63,159 bases of DNA, taken from assembly GCA_028867615.1 (NCBI GenBank), contig JAGWGC010000001.1, forward strand, positions 3,188 to 66,346, written 5' to 3'. Below are positions 1 to 10,685 of the stretch, in pieces (position 1 is the first letter of the stretch; each line of letters opens with the position of its first letter). The stretch is from Nitrososphaerota archaeon (lineage in GTDB: Archaea; Thermoproteota; Nitrososphaeria; Nitrososphaerales; Nitrosopumilaceae). Made by a program: the position numbers and the translations under genes. Below the pieces are notes generated by a model. That model had not been told where the DNA came from. It worked only from the letters and a program-made list of their open reading frames with translations, and searched no databases.

Positions 1-24
1 TTTTGCCTATAAATGATAATGTAG

Positions 25-42
25 AATTTCAAATCTGATATT
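25..42. promoter_or_regulatory. Degenerate copy of palindromic motif (AATTTCA-aatc-TGATATT) upstream of DUF302 gene
   Basis: Resembles ATTATCA-N4-TGATAAT; TATA-like TTATAAT starts at 54. Confidence 0.5.
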
Positions 43-82
43 GTTCAAGGCTATTATAATGTGTGATATTGCTAGTATGGCT

Positions 83-490
83 ATGACAAGTGCGGAAAAG
101 AGCTCAAGTTTTAGCTATACCGTGAAGACTCTAAAGACAGTAAATCAGGCAGTTGATGATGTGACAACAAGTCTAAAGGATGTAGGCTTTGGCATTTTAG
201 GCACTCTGGATTTTAAGGAAATTTTACAAAAGAAGGGATTGGATTTCAAGGATGAATATAGACTCTTAGAAGTATGCAACCCTGGAGCCGCAAAACAGGT
301 ATTGGAATTAAATCCAGAGGTTGGGTTGCTATTACCATGTACTATTGCAGTGTATCGGAAAAATAATGAGAACTTTATCAGCTTGGCAAAACCTACATCT
401 CTTCTAAATAATATTCATGATTATAGATTAGAAAAATTTGGCGAGGAAATTGAACAAAAACTTGTACAAGCCATAGAGAAAGTGAAATGA
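83..490 (+). CDS. DUF302 domain protein
   Basis: YRLLEVCNPGAAKQVL...GLLLPCTIAVY signature; ATG at 83 (or 77) preferred over TTG at 41 from TATA position. Confidence 0.85.
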   Translation: MTSAEKSSSFSYTVKTLKTVNQAVDDVTTSLKDVGFGILGTLDFKEILQKKGLDFKDEYRLLEVCNPGAAKQVLELNPEVGLLLPCTIAVYRKNNENFISLAKPTSLLNNIHDYRLEKFGEEIEQKLVQAIEKVK

Positions 491-674
491 TGAATTCTCT
501 TGTTTCTAATCCTGGAATGGCTAGTCAATGTCTACCTGATGTACTTTCTAGCGTAAAACAGTTACTTGCCTATGATGTAAAAACAAAAGAACAATTTGAA
601 TCCGACCAAGTTAAATGCTCAATCCATCACCGACAAACTTTTTGTAAAGGACATGATTCACACACTATCAAGAT

Positions 675-1106
675 ATGAGAAAAAAAATCACTCGAATACT
701 TGTACCATTGGATGGTTCCAAAAATTCCCTGAAGGGATTGGATTTTGCAATTTATCTCGCAAGACAATGTGGCGCAACCATAACAGGACTATACGTATTA
801 TCGTTTTACATAGCAGATAGTGGTCCAAGAATATTCGGACCATATAAAAAAGATCTTCTCCGAAATGCAAAGAATTTCATCTACGATGCAAAAGTTCGTT
901 CAGCAAAAGAGGGTGTGGACCTGAAAGAAAAAATAATTGAGGGCGATGTAGTCTTCCAAGATATTGTAAAATACGCAAATAGTGGGAAATTTGACATCAT
1001 GGTCATGTCGTCAAGAGGATTTGGACCTGTAAAAGGATGGTTCCTGGGAAGTGTTACTTATTCTGCATTACATAAATCAAAGATACCAATACTAGTGGTC
1101 AAATAA
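675..1106 (+). CDS. Universal stress protein (UspA family)
   Basis: ILVPLDGSKNS N-terminus; MSSRG...LGSV...PILVVK C-terminus. Confidence 0.95.
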   Translation: MRKKITRILVPLDGSKNSLKGLDFAIYLARQCGATITGLYVLSFYIADSGPRIFGPYKKDLLRNAKNFIYDAKVRSAKEGVDLKEKIIEGDVVFQDIVKYANSGKFDIMVMSSRGFGPVKGWFLGSVTYSALHKSKIPILVVK

Positions 1107-1631
1107 ATGGATGAAAAATCATTCTTGGAGTTTCTAAGAAGAAGACGATCAATCAGGTCGTTTAAAGAAAACACAATCGATGAATCACAGATAAATGAGA
1201 TACTTGAAGCAATCAATTTGGCACCATCATCAGGTGGTCTGCAAACCTTTGAAATTTACCGGATAAAAAATAAAGAAACCAAAGACAAACTAGCTTTGGC
1301 AGCAAAAGGTCAAACCTTTGTAGCGCAAGCTCCTTTACTACTGGTCTTCTGTGCAAACCCGTCTCGTTCTGTTGAACGATTTGGAGAGAGATCACAGTTG
1401 TTTTCTGTTCAAGATGCCACCATCGCAGCTGCTTACGCTCAGCTAACATTGCATGCAATGGGGTTGTCCACCGTATGGATAGGGGCGTTTGATGAAAAAC
1501 AAGTCTCAGAGATACTGGATATCCCAAAAGGGCAAAGACCAGTTGCAATACTTCCCATAGGTTATGAAAATGAGACGCCAAAGGAAAAGTCAACTAGAGG
1601 GGTAAAAGACATACTACATGTAATAAACTAG
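1107..1631 (+). CDS. Nitroreductase family protein
   Basis: RRRSIRSF, APSSGGLQ, GLSTVWIGAF and ILPIGY motifs; abuts USP stop codon. Confidence 0.92.
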   Translation: MDEKSFLEFLRRRRSIRSFKENTIDESQINEILEAINLAPSSGGLQTFEIYRIKNKETKDKLALAAKGQTFVAQAPLLLVFCANPSRSVERFGERSQLFSVQDATIAAAYAQLTLHAMGLSTVWIGAFDEKQVSEILDIPKGQRPVAILPIGYENETPKEKSTRGVKDILHVIN

Positions 1632-1739
1632 GAAATTACCAACTGATGATTATTTTCTCTTGTTATTTGCGGTAAAATTATAGTCTATACTCCAACCTGC
1701 CAATATCTATTTATTGAAACATTCTTGTCCTAGATTAAA

Positions 1740-1979
1740 ATGAAATTTGAAAAACGTGAACTTCTCTTGATTGTGGGAGTTTTGCTTGTGATGATTGGAA
1801 TGATGTCAGTTCTTGCACCTGCATATGCCCTTGTAATTGCAGTCTTGATATATTTTGGAATCAGAGTGTTTGTTGGAAGGCGAAAAAGGCAGATTCAAAG
1901 AGAAATTGGCCAGGGCATTTGTGCAACATGTGGGGCAAAAATAATGGATAACAAGTGCCCCAAATGTGATTCTGCATAG
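1740..1979 (+). CDS. Small membrane protein with C-terminal zinc ribbon
   Basis: Hydrophobic hairpin followed by CATC...CPKC. Confidence 0.75.
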   Translation: MKFEKRELLLIVGVLLVMIGMMSVLAPAYALVIAVLIYFGIRVFVGRRKRQIQREIGQGICATCGAKIMDNKCPKCDSA

Positions 1980-2142
1980 GAAACCATTGTATGATTTTGG
2001 TATGAATTCTGAGTATGCCTTATAATACTTGCAAGAGTATTTTGTTTATGAGAATTCATGCATATTGTGCATTAACCACTTGCTCAACTTTTCCACAATT
2101 AACACCTAAAATTCTAAAAGTGGTCTTGAAATGGTATAACAG

Positions 2143-5100
2143 ATGAAATACTCTAGCTCAGGCCTTATTGCAGGAATTGTTCTCTTGCTTGTAATCGGGC
2201 AAAGTTATGCCGTAAATGCACAAACCATAACAATTGCAAACCATGTTGTGATAAACGAAGCAGAGATAAATCCTGCCATTGATGATACCAAGTCTCCTGC
2301 CCAATGGGTCGAACTGTATAACCCGACCAGTTCTCCTGTCAATATAGGGGGATGGACTATCGGGGCAACAACTGGACTAAGACAGGCATATACAATATCT
2401 GCAGGTACCACAATCCAGAGCCAGCAGTTTATTGTTTATCACTATGTACCAATTTGGTTTCCACATGCTGGTGCTGTAATACAGCTAACCGATCCAACTG
2501 GTACAGTAATTGATCAGACCCCTCCACTCTCAGACACCCAGAGTGATGGCAACACGTGGCAGAGAATGTACGACGGTCTTAGCACGGGCTCTGCAAGTGA
2601 CTGGGTGTACACTATTGGCACTCCTGGGTTTTCAAATGGAAAACCCCCAACAACCAGTACAACAACCCAGCTAACAATGTCTGTATCAACTGACAAGCAG
2701 AGCTATGTTTTTGGGGACTTTGTAAACATTAGTGGTAAAGTATCTCAACTTGTCATGAATTCTGCGGTATCTTCAATTCCTCAGACTGTTAACATGGTTT
2801 TGTCCGGTCCGCAAGGATTCAAGCAAACATTTTCACTATATCCTGGAAATGATTTCAAGTTTTCTCAGTCTGTAAAGACTGATCAGGTGCTGGGATTTTC
2901 TGAAGGAACGTATACTATTTCTGCATCATACGGAGGTATACAAACATCCACCACATTTTCATTAAATTCAGTAGCATTTGTTCCACCAACACAAGCCGCA
3001 CCGACAACACTTGTCATATCCACGGATCATTCCAATTACACAACCTCGCAGCCTGTTATATTGCAAGGAACTGTCTCAAACGTAATTCCGCTTACTCCTG
3101 TACAGTACAAGGTTTATGATCCAACAAATGTCTTGATATATCAAGGAAATTTGTTTCCTGATGCCCAAGGGAAGATAACTTCTGTGAATCCATATCAGAG
3201 CAGCACTGGCAGCTCCGGATTGCTCATCAATGGAGTAAATCCAATTTATGGAATATATCGAGTGAGTGCCACTTATGGCGGTGCATCTGCCACTACGACA
3301 TTCATACTTGTTCCTGTTCAAATACAAACTAGTCAGATAACATTATCGACTGACAAACCAGCATATGCCCCAGGTGAAACTGTTACACTCAAAGGAAGCA
3401 CACTGCTTCAAGGATTACAAAATGCTGGACTGAGCCCCACTCTGCAAATAATCCAGACAGGTGTTGGCTCTAGTTCTCAAACCTCTACTAGTGTCACAAA
3501 TGCAGTAAATATCAAGACGCAGATCAACCTCAAATCTGATAATACATTCTCATATCAGTTTGTCCTTTCTGGAACCTCAAGCAGTTTGGGAAATTATAGA
3601 GCAATTATCTCGATACCGCAAGGTAGTGCGGAATCTGACTTTGTTGTCATGCAAAACCCATCTGCATACAATGGTACAACGTCATCGTCTCCATTTACCA
3701 TTGCTACCGACAAGAGTTTGTATGCTATAGGAGACCCGATAACAATATCTGGCCAAATTCTGCATCCCATTCAAATCTCCACCCAAAATTCCGGAGTAGG
3801 TGTAAGCATTCAGGTTTTGAACTCAACAGGCATGCCAGTAACATCTGCTGGTAGTTTGCATGCTAATATATCGACACTGACCAGCAACCAAACCGCACCT
3901 ACTGTCACTGCTAACGCCTTGTCTTACTCTGTATTCCCTGATGCTAATGGTCGCTATCAGGTACAACAAATTGTCCAGACTGGAGTATATCAGCCAGGAA
4001 ATTACATGCTCAAGGCATCTTATCTAAATTTGGTTGCCTCAACAACATTTACAGTATATGATCCGCTTGCAACAGGCTCGCAGGGTCCAATTGCTGCAAG
4101 TACTGACAAAAAAGTATATGGCGTTGGAGATACGGTACAATTGACTGGAAACATTTCAGCTCAAACAAGTACTTCGTCTTTTACACTGACATTGATAAAA
4201 CCTGATGGGGAACAAATAACGTCTCCATTAATTCTTAACAATGGTCACTTTTTATGGACTTGGACAGTAGCAAGTACTGCAAGTCAAGGTGCACAAATTC
4301 TAACTGATAGGTCCTCTTCCCCTATATCAGATCCTACAATCAATGTCTATGGAATATACCACATAAAAATAAGTTCAGTCAATGTAAACACTGATCTGTT
4401 TTTCCAAGTGTCTAAAAACCCTCAGCCAAACCAAGACATTGCTCCACTTGTAGTGATGACTGATAAGACAAACTATACCTCAACAGATGTGGCAAAGATC
4501 TGGGGAGAGGTTGTCCCAATACAAAATGCTGCATCTCAGGATACCAATACAGCAGTTCAAATTTTGATTTACTCTAGCACTGGACAAGAGATTTACCGCG
4601 GTAATGCAAACGTCAACCAAGGCGGTCAATATTATGCTACGGTGCCATTCCATATTGGTATCTGGAATGCCGGAGTCTACAAGCTTTATGTTCAATATCT
4701 TACAAATACGATAATATCGTCATTTAGTGTGCATGACCCATTTGCAACAAATTCCACAGGGTTACAGGTCTTTATGACTACTGACTCTGACAAATATCTT
4801 CCGGGACAAACTGTACTTGTTACCGGAAGGACAAGCAGCATAGTTTCAGTCAATAATGTGAATCTTTCATTTGGTATTGCAAACGATACCACGATAAGTG
4901 AGGGCCAGGTCGTATCAACTACAGGAAACGTGATACCGACAGTTACTGTACCATTTGATCAATTTGGATCCTTTAGCTACAATTACAAGATCCCAAGTAA
5001 TGCACCACTTGGAAATTATACTATAATTGCGCAGGTGCCATTTGGGACATACAATGCATACTTTAGCGTGGTAGACAAACTACCGGTCAATATCATTCCA

Positions 5101-5652
5101 ATCATAAACGAAACACAGACAACGCCTGCAACTGGTGTGAACAAAACTGTGATCAATGCTACTTCGCCTGTAACCATTGCTCCATATACTATAGGGCCCA
5201 CACAAAAACCCTCCAAGACAGCTAACATGTTTGTTGAAAAAATGGGCCAGATTTCAGAATCTGTTGTTCCAATAAATCTTGGTTCCAAGTCAAGTGGGAA
5301 TACCACATACTATCCTCGTGAACTTGATGGCCTTTTACGAGTAAATCCAGGTGATGTGAATTCAGTAAGCCTCAAGGTAAGCTCACAGGATGGAACGTGC
5401 ATAATTGGACAAGATTCGGGCTGCAAAATATCAGGATCTACTGTCCAGTCAGGCGGAGCATATCAGACTGAAACAATTAATGGCATGCAATATCTTGTTG
5501 GATATTCAGGAACAGGCGGAAGGCTGACACAGTTTAGTATCATACCTGCACATGCTGGCGATGTAATACCAGATGGGCAGTGGGGCATTCAAATAATTAA
5601 AAAAGACCAGGTGACTAGATTCTATTACCAAGTAACATATGTCAGCAAATAA
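2143..5652 (+). CDS. Large secreted protein: lamin-tail domain plus repeated MG2/Ig-like modules
   Basis: Signal peptide; VVINE...QWVELYNPT...VNIGGW lamin-tail motif; about 7 repeats of TDKxxYxxGxxV. Confidence 0.85.
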   Translation: MKYSSSGLIAGIVLLLVIGQSYAVNAQTITIANHVVINEAEINPAIDDTKSPAQWVELYNPTSSPVNIGGWTIGATTGLRQAYTISAGTTIQSQQFIVYHYVPIWFPHAGAVIQLTDPTGTVIDQTPPLSDTQSDGNTWQRMYDGLSTGSASDWVYTIGTPGFSNGKPPTTSTTTQLTMSVSTDKQSYVFGDFVNISGKVSQLVMNSAVSSIPQTVNMVLSGPQGFKQTFSLYPGNDFKFSQSVKTDQVLGFSEGTYTISASYGGIQTSTTFSLNSVAFVPPTQAAPTTLVISTDHSNYTTSQPVILQGTVSNVIPLTPVQYKVYDPTNVLIYQGNLFPDAQGKITSVNPYQSSTGSSGLLINGVNPIYGIYRVSATYGGASATTTFILVPVQIQTSQITLSTDKPAYAPGETVTLKGSTLLQGLQNAGLSPTLQIIQTGVGSSSQTSTSVTNAVNIKTQINLKSDNTFSYQFVLSGTSSSLGNYRAIISIPQGSAESDFVVMQNPSAYNGTTSSSPFTIATDKSLYAIGDPITISGQILHPIQISTQNSGVGVSIQVLNSTGMPVTSAGSLHANISTLTSNQTAPTVTANALSYSVFPDANGRYQVQQIVQTGVYQPGNYMLKASYLNLVASTTFTVYDPLATGSQGPIAASTDKKVYGVGDTVQLTGNISAQTSTSSFTLTLIKPDGEQITSPLILNNGHFLWTWTVASTASQGAQILTDRSSSPISDPTINVYGIYHIKISSVNVNTDLFFQVSKNPQPNQDIAPLVVMTDKTNYTSTDVAKIWGEVVPIQNAASQDTNTAVQILIYSSTGQEIYRGNANVNQGGQYYATVPFHIGIWNAGVYKLYVQYLTNTIISSFSVHDPFATNSTGLQVFMTTDSDKYLPGQTVLVTGRTSSIVSVNNVNLSFGIANDTTISEGQVVSTTGNVIPTVTVPFDQFGSFSYNYKIPSNAPLGNYTIIAQVPFGTYNAYFSVVDKLPVNIIPIINETQTTPATGVNKTVINATSPVTIAPYTIGPTQKPSKTANMFVEKMGQISESVVPINLGSKSSGNTTYYPRELDGLLRVNPGDVNSVSLKVSSQDGTCIIGQDSGCKISGSTVQSGGAYQTETINGMQYLVGYSGTGGRLTQFSIIPAHAGDVIPDGQWGIQIIKKDQVTRFYYQVTYVSK

Positions 5653-5699
5653 TTTTTTTCAAATCTGAAGCAATTTATTGTTGACAAATTTTTGTATCA

Positions 5700-6197
5700 A
5701 TGATGCAAATACAAGTGCTAATGTTTGAGCAGGACGATCCATCCAAGTGTACTGCTGCCAAACTTGTAAAATTTGGGATTGCAAAACGCGTCAAACATCT
5801 GACAGGAAAAGACATGATTTTAAATCCATTTGCAAAAGAGTTTGTCCTGAAAACTGACAGGAATCTTACAAAATCACTCACTGCAATTGACTGCTCATGG
5901 GAGCTTGCACAAAACATGTTTCTAAAAAGATTTGCTGGACTATCCAGAAAACTTCCGCCGCTTCTTGCAGGAAATCCTGTTAACTATTCTAAGGTTGGCA
6001 AGCTTACGACTGCTGAAGCAATAGCGGGTGCTTTGTATGTTATGGACTATGGCGAGCTTGCAGACTCGGTACTTGGCAAGTTCAAGTGGGGTCATACGTT
6101 TTTTGACCTAAACCAGTACCTGCTGCAGGACTATATGACTGCAAAAACAGCAGAAGATGTTGTAAGAATATCTAAAGAGTATGGCCTTGAAGTGTAA
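5700..6197 (+). CDS. tsr3: 16S rRNA aminocarboxypropyltransferase (Tsr3/DUF367)
   Basis: DDPSKCTA, IDCSW, RKLPPLLAGNPVNY, FKWGHTF motifs. Confidence 0.93.
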   Translation: MMQIQVLMFEQDDPSKCTAAKLVKFGIAKRVKHLTGKDMILNPFAKEFVLKTDRNLTKSLTAIDCSWELAQNMFLKRFAGLSRKLPPLLAGNPVNYSKVGKLTTAEAIAGALYVMDYGELADSVLGKFKWGHTFFDLNQYLLQDYMTAKTAEDVVRISKEYGLEV

Positions 6198-6377
6198 ATA
6201 TTTTGTGTACTTTTTGGGTACATAACATTCTAAACAATCAGTGCATGCCACTATTACAATCCATTGCATTGTGTAAATAGGTGTTGTATTCCCCTTGCAA
6301 AAAATTATGCACACTATATGTAAAGAATATCAGAGAACATTGTGATACTATGTCTAGTGTTTTAACTTGCCACGTTA

Positions 6378-7700
6378 TTACTCTTGTAATAATTCATTAT
6401 GTGCTTTTTTGATAGCAATTGTAGATATTATGACTGATGCTATTATCACTACGAAGACTATTTGTGGATATGCAGCAGCGTGAGGCAATCCCAGTGTCAA
6501 TGGAATAGTAGCCAACACAGCTGGTGCAAGCCCCCTTGGCAACATGAATGAAATTATCTTTCTATCAAAAGGTAAAAAGTTCTTTGTCAAAGAAACCTTC
6601 ACTACTGATATTCTTGAAACATAAAGTGCAATACCGATAGCAACGCCAAATACGATGTATCCTATTTGTCCAAAATTTGCTAGCAATCCCACAAATACAA
6701 AGAAGAATGTTCTTACCAAAAATGCAAGATGCTCGTAAAAAGAATTGTCCGTGGAAATCCCATCCATCTTAATTTTGAGACGGCGTGAAATGAACTGCCT
6801 GTTTCCGTACATTAAACCAAAAATCAGTGCTGTTAATGCTCCTGATTCTCCCAGCAAATTTGCAAAAAAGAATAACATGAACAATATTCCCAAAGTAAGC
6901 AGATAGGAATATTTTGTATCAGTAATCTTGGATGTCACATACATCCACGGAATCCCAACACCAATGCCAAGACCCAGCCCGGTTAAAACAGACTTTGTCA
7001 CCGTGATACCTAGACTAGAAAAAATAAAGTGATTAGATTGGATCTGATCAAAGAGGAAAAAAGCCCCAATGAATGACATTATGGATGTGATAGTAGATTC
7101 TAGAGCAAGTATTGCCTTTGTTTTATCTGATACACGTAGTGTTTTAATCAATCCAAAAACTATGGCTTCACTACTTCCACCGATCATTATGCCTAGCAAT
7201 ATCGCATCAAGCCAATTCCACCCAAGGCCATATACTGCAATTATTGCTGTGACTGCTGCGGAGAGAGCAAATCCTAAAAATGCAATTAAAAATGCAAAGT
7301 GTGCAGAATAGATGACGTTTTTGATGTTCAAGGTCAGTCCGCCGCCAAATAATATCATGATTGTAGCAAGTGCTGTGAAATATGGTGCAATCTTAAATAT
7401 AGTGCCTGCATCCACAATCCCTAACACTGGTCCTATAATTACACCTGTTATCATTAGAAATATCACATCTGGGACACCAGTTTTTCTAAAAAATGCGTCT
7501 CCCATAATGCCAAGAACTATTATTACTCCAACTGAAAGGAATACTATCTGAACCGATTCTAGATTGGAATTGTGAAAAAATGATTGCGAAATATAATGAT
7601 TCAAATTTATAGTGTCATTTTTTAAAAAGTTTGAATGTAGGATATGTTGAACCTTGTCAGATAATGTAAAATTACCAAGGATGTGCTCTATGATGTTCAT
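6378..7700 (-). CDS. Cation:proton antiporter (CPA1/NhaP-like)
   Basis: About 12 TM helices; LALES, FFFVFVG and PRGLAPAVLA motifs; start may lie further downstream. Confidence 0.88.
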   Translation of the reverse strand: MNIIEHILGNFTLSDKVQHILHSNFLKNDTINLNHYISQSFFHNSNLESVQIVFLSVGVIIVLGIMGDAFFRKTGVPDVIFLMITGVIIGPVLGIVDAGTIFKIAPYFTALATIMILFGGGLTLNIKNVIYSAHFAFLIAFLGFALSAAVTAIIAVYGLGWNWLDAILLGIMIGGSSEAIVFGLIKTLRVSDKTKAILALESTITSIMSFIGAFFLFDQIQSNHFIFSSLGITVTKSVLTGLGLGIGVGIPWMYVTSKITDTKYSYLLTLGILFMLFFFANLLGESGALTALIFGLMYGNRQFISRRLKIKMDGISTDNSFYEHLAFLVRTFFFVFVGLLANFGQIGYIVFGVAIGIALYVSRISVVKVSLTKNFLPFDRKIISFMLPRGLAPAVLATIPLTLGLPHAAAYPQIVFVVIIASVIISTIAIKKAHNELLQE

Positions 7701-7877
7701 TTATTCACCATGAATGATTTTAATATTAAAATCGTATGATATGTTAAATGATTCAAAATATTGCTCATAATGTAGAAGTTATTTTCATAATTCATGCCTA
7801 TGATACGTTCATGAATTTCTGACAACATCCATATTTCTCTAGTTGTGCAAAAACTGGAAGATATCTATAAAGAACTT

Positions 7878-10208
7878 TTAGATCTTTGATGAAAAATATT
7901 CCTCGTCTGAAGTAATCTTCTTGGCTGGCCTAAATTTGTAAATGCTGCGATAAACCTTGTAAATTATCCTGTTTTCCTTCAACCTTGGAGCTATCATTTG
8001 CCAAAAGTACCTTGCCTTTATGCTTGAAAATCTTGAATCCCTTACGACAAAGACACTGTAGCGTGATTTTTCCACAATCTCCATAGTTCGCGGACTGAAC
8101 GCCTGCTCTGATTGGTTTCCTGCACCCACAATTACAATCTCTGGATCTTTGTTCAGGTTCTCAAGCAGGTCTTTTGTTATCTCTGAACTTGTTGGGTATA
8201 CCCTTTCGAGAGGTACCTTTCGGAGATCAAGGTCAAACATTTTTTCATTTATTCTGCTCAGGATGTCTCTTTCCTCCTCTGGAGATTCTACCACGCCGCG
8301 TATGATTCGTATCTTACTTCCAATTACATTTGAGAATGCATGCGCAATCTCGATTCCAAGGTCTGAATGTCTGCCCTTGTCATATGATACCACGACATTG
8401 GATAGTTCTTTTTCAAACTCTTTTTTGATGCTCACACCAAGTATGTCACATGTTGCAAGTGAGAGAAGCTTTCGGTTGTTTTTAAGATCAAAAAAATCCA
8501 TTATCAAGAGATTAATTCCCTGTTCTTCTGTTGTTGCAAGAATTGCCTCTGTGTTGTCATGTGATAGCCTTACGAGATATCTGTGGTCTGAAAAGCCTGG
8601 CATGTTTTTTAATTCATCAAATGTCTTCATGATGGGTTCTGCAAACCTGTGGCCCATTGAGAGTGGAATTTGCAGGGGAATTGTTGCCACATTCAAAAGC
8701 GAGATCTCGCCGTCCTTGTCCTTTGCAATTGCAGATGCAATCTTGACTAGCTTTTCAATTGTCTTTTTGTTAAAAACAACCATGATGCGATAACTCTTTC
8801 TTTCTGACGGGCCAATATTTGCAACAAGTGGAGCATAATGCTCTATCTCTTTTTTTGCAATGTACAACTTGTAGACTGAAAATCCAATCAATATCCAAAT
8901 TATTGCAATCACCCAGCTAAGAGGGTTGTATACAAGCAAAAATATTGCGAGTCCTGCCTTACAGATTATTCCAATTATTGGCATGAGTGGAAACAGTGGA
9001 ATCTTGAATCCATAGTCAAGCTTGTGCCCGTGAACTCGCCTGATGTTGATTCCAGCCCAGTTTACCTGCGTAAATAAAAACAAGAACATGACACCTGCCA
9101 CAAGTGCAATCTGCTCAAGCGGTAACCATGATGCCATTATCAACATGATAAAGCCTGATGCAATTATTGCAAAATGCGGTGTGTGGTATTTTTTATGAAT
9201 GGAGCTGAAAATGTATGGCAAGTTGTATTGTCTGCCCATTGCAAAGGATACTCGGCTTGACGAAAATGTTGTTGCACTAAGTGCGGCAATGCTTGACACA
9301 AGTCCTCCCACAAAAACAAGCGTAGTTCCATATGGAATTAGATATCCTGCAGCTTTTGCAATCCCGACATCTTGGTTATCACCAATGAACTGCCATACTT
9401 CCTTTCCAATCTTTGATGAATCAATTCCTCCAAGAAAGACAAATGTAAACACGATGTAGAGAGCAGTTACAACCCCGAGCGTAAGAAAGATTGCCTTTGG
9501 AATATTCTTCTTTGGATTTTTTACCTCTTCTCCTGCCTGGACAATTATTTCATATCCCTCAAATGCAATAAATGTAATTCCCATTGCCAAGATGAATCCG
9601 GTTACTCCATTTGGAACAAAGTGCTGAAAGTTTACTGTCCAGTTGTGGTTTACAAAACTCATTGCATAAACTCCAGACGATATGAGGATGATGATTATGA
9701 TTATCTGCATAAAAGTCAGTCCGTTTCCAATCTTTCCTGTAAGGGAAACTCCTCGATAATTTACATATGTGAAAAGTATGATGGATAAAATCGCAATAAT
9801 TTTCTCAAGCGGGATTCCTCCATACTGCGATGCAACTCCAATACTGGTTAGTATGCTGCCAAAAAAGTCTCCAATCGATACTGCGTACAAACTTCCAGCT
9901 ATCATGTGGGCAAACCAAGCTATCCAGCCGCTGATGAATGCATTTGGCCTTGGCAAGCCCTCTTTTACCCACCTGTAACCTCCGCCTGCCTCTGGAAATG
10001 CAGAGCCAAGCTCGGCATATGTCAAGGCGGTGAAAAAGCTGATTATTCCGCTTGCAAGAAATACTATCAAAAGCGCTGGTCCGCCTTCGTGCATTGCAGG
10101 ACCTACTAGGTTGAAGATTGCGCCTCCAATCATGGCTGCAATTCCGATCATTGTTATGTCAAGCAATGAGAGACTTCGGACAAGTCCTGCCTGCGAATCG
10201 CGTTCCAT
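7878..10208 (-). CDS. APC-family amino acid permease fused to C-terminal USP-like domains
   Basis: GIAAMIGGAIF, YAELGSAFPEAGGGY and FEGYE motifs; soluble C-terminal ~300 aa with USP-like pattern. Confidence 0.88.
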   Translation of the reverse strand: MERDSQAGLVRSLSLLDITMIGIAAMIGGAIFNLVGPAMHEGGPALLIVFLASGIISFFTALTYAELGSAFPEAGGGYRWVKEGLPRPNAFISGWIAWFAHMIAGSLYAVSIGDFFGSILTSIGVASQYGGIPLEKIIAILSIILFTYVNYRGVSLTGKIGNGLTFMQIIIIIILISSGVYAMSFVNHNWTVNFQHFVPNGVTGFILAMGITFIAFEGYEIIVQAGEEVKNPKKNIPKAIFLTLGVVTALYIVFTFVFLGGIDSSKIGKEVWQFIGDNQDVGIAKAAGYLIPYGTTLVFVGGLVSSIAALSATTFSSSRVSFAMGRQYNLPYIFSSIHKKYHTPHFAIIASGFIMLIMASWLPLEQIALVAGVMFLFLFTQVNWAGINIRRVHGHKLDYGFKIPLFPLMPIIGIICKAGLAIFLLVYNPLSWVIAIIWILIGFSVYKLYIAKKEIEHYAPLVANIGPSERKSYRIMVVFNKKTIEKLVKIASAIAKDKDGEISLLNVATIPLQIPLSMGHRFAEPIMKTFDELKNMPGFSDHRYLVRLSHDNTEAILATTEEQGINLLIMDFFDLKNNRKLLSLATCDILGVSIKKEFEKELSNVVVSYDKGRHSDLGIEIAHAFSNVIGSKIRIIRGVVESPEEERDILSRINEKMFDLDLRKVPLERVYPTSSEITKDLLENLNKDPEIVIVGAGNQSEQAFSPRTMEIVEKSRYSVFVVRDSRFSSIKARYFWQMIAPRLKENRIIYKVYRSIYKFRPAKKITSDEEYFSSKI

Positions 10209-10369
10209 AGACTATCTATTCGTGAGGACTTGGCGGTAGAATAAATCTCTACTTGTAGATCCTAGGTAAATAGGAACAAATCTTTGGCAAATGTGTATTG
10301 CGTAACATCTTTTAGTTCTAATTTTTCCTGTTCCCAATCCTAAAATAACTAATCTTGGATTGATATTGT

Positions 10370-10650
10370 ATGCGAGCCAGTGAACGATCACTGCCACGGC
10401 AGAGGAAACTCCTCCCTCCATGCAGCAAGTGTGATCCGGAGACGGATAATCAGAGATGATTGGCAACAGCACAGAAAAAAATCCGACCTGGCGTACTATG
10501 ATGGTAAAACCTGAGATTTCCAGTACAGGAATGAAATATCTGCCCCATGCGGAGAAAGGCCAAATCAAACAATAAGCGCTGCACTTTGTTTAGGTAGGCC
10601 GCATAGCGAAATATCGTGAAAACAGAAGGAGGGTTACGGCTGGCACGCAT
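10370..10650 (+). ncRNA. rnpB: Archaeal RNase P RNA
   Basis: P4 motifs GAGGAAACTCCTCCC and ACAGAAGGAGGGTTA; P1 pairing GCGAGCCAG/CTGGCACGC; followed by T-run. Confidence 0.9.
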
Positions 10651-10685
10651 TTTTTTAAAATGACTGGAAAAATAACTTTTAATTC

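Noticed and set aside
487-870. Short overlapping ORFs (487..678, 596..820, 688..870) and the many antisense ORFs inside long genes
   Set aside because: They overlap well-supported genes and show no protein-family signal.
10212-10650. Minus-strand ORFs 10212..10568 and 10450..10650
   Set aside because: They are shadows of the RNase P RNA gene on the plus strand.
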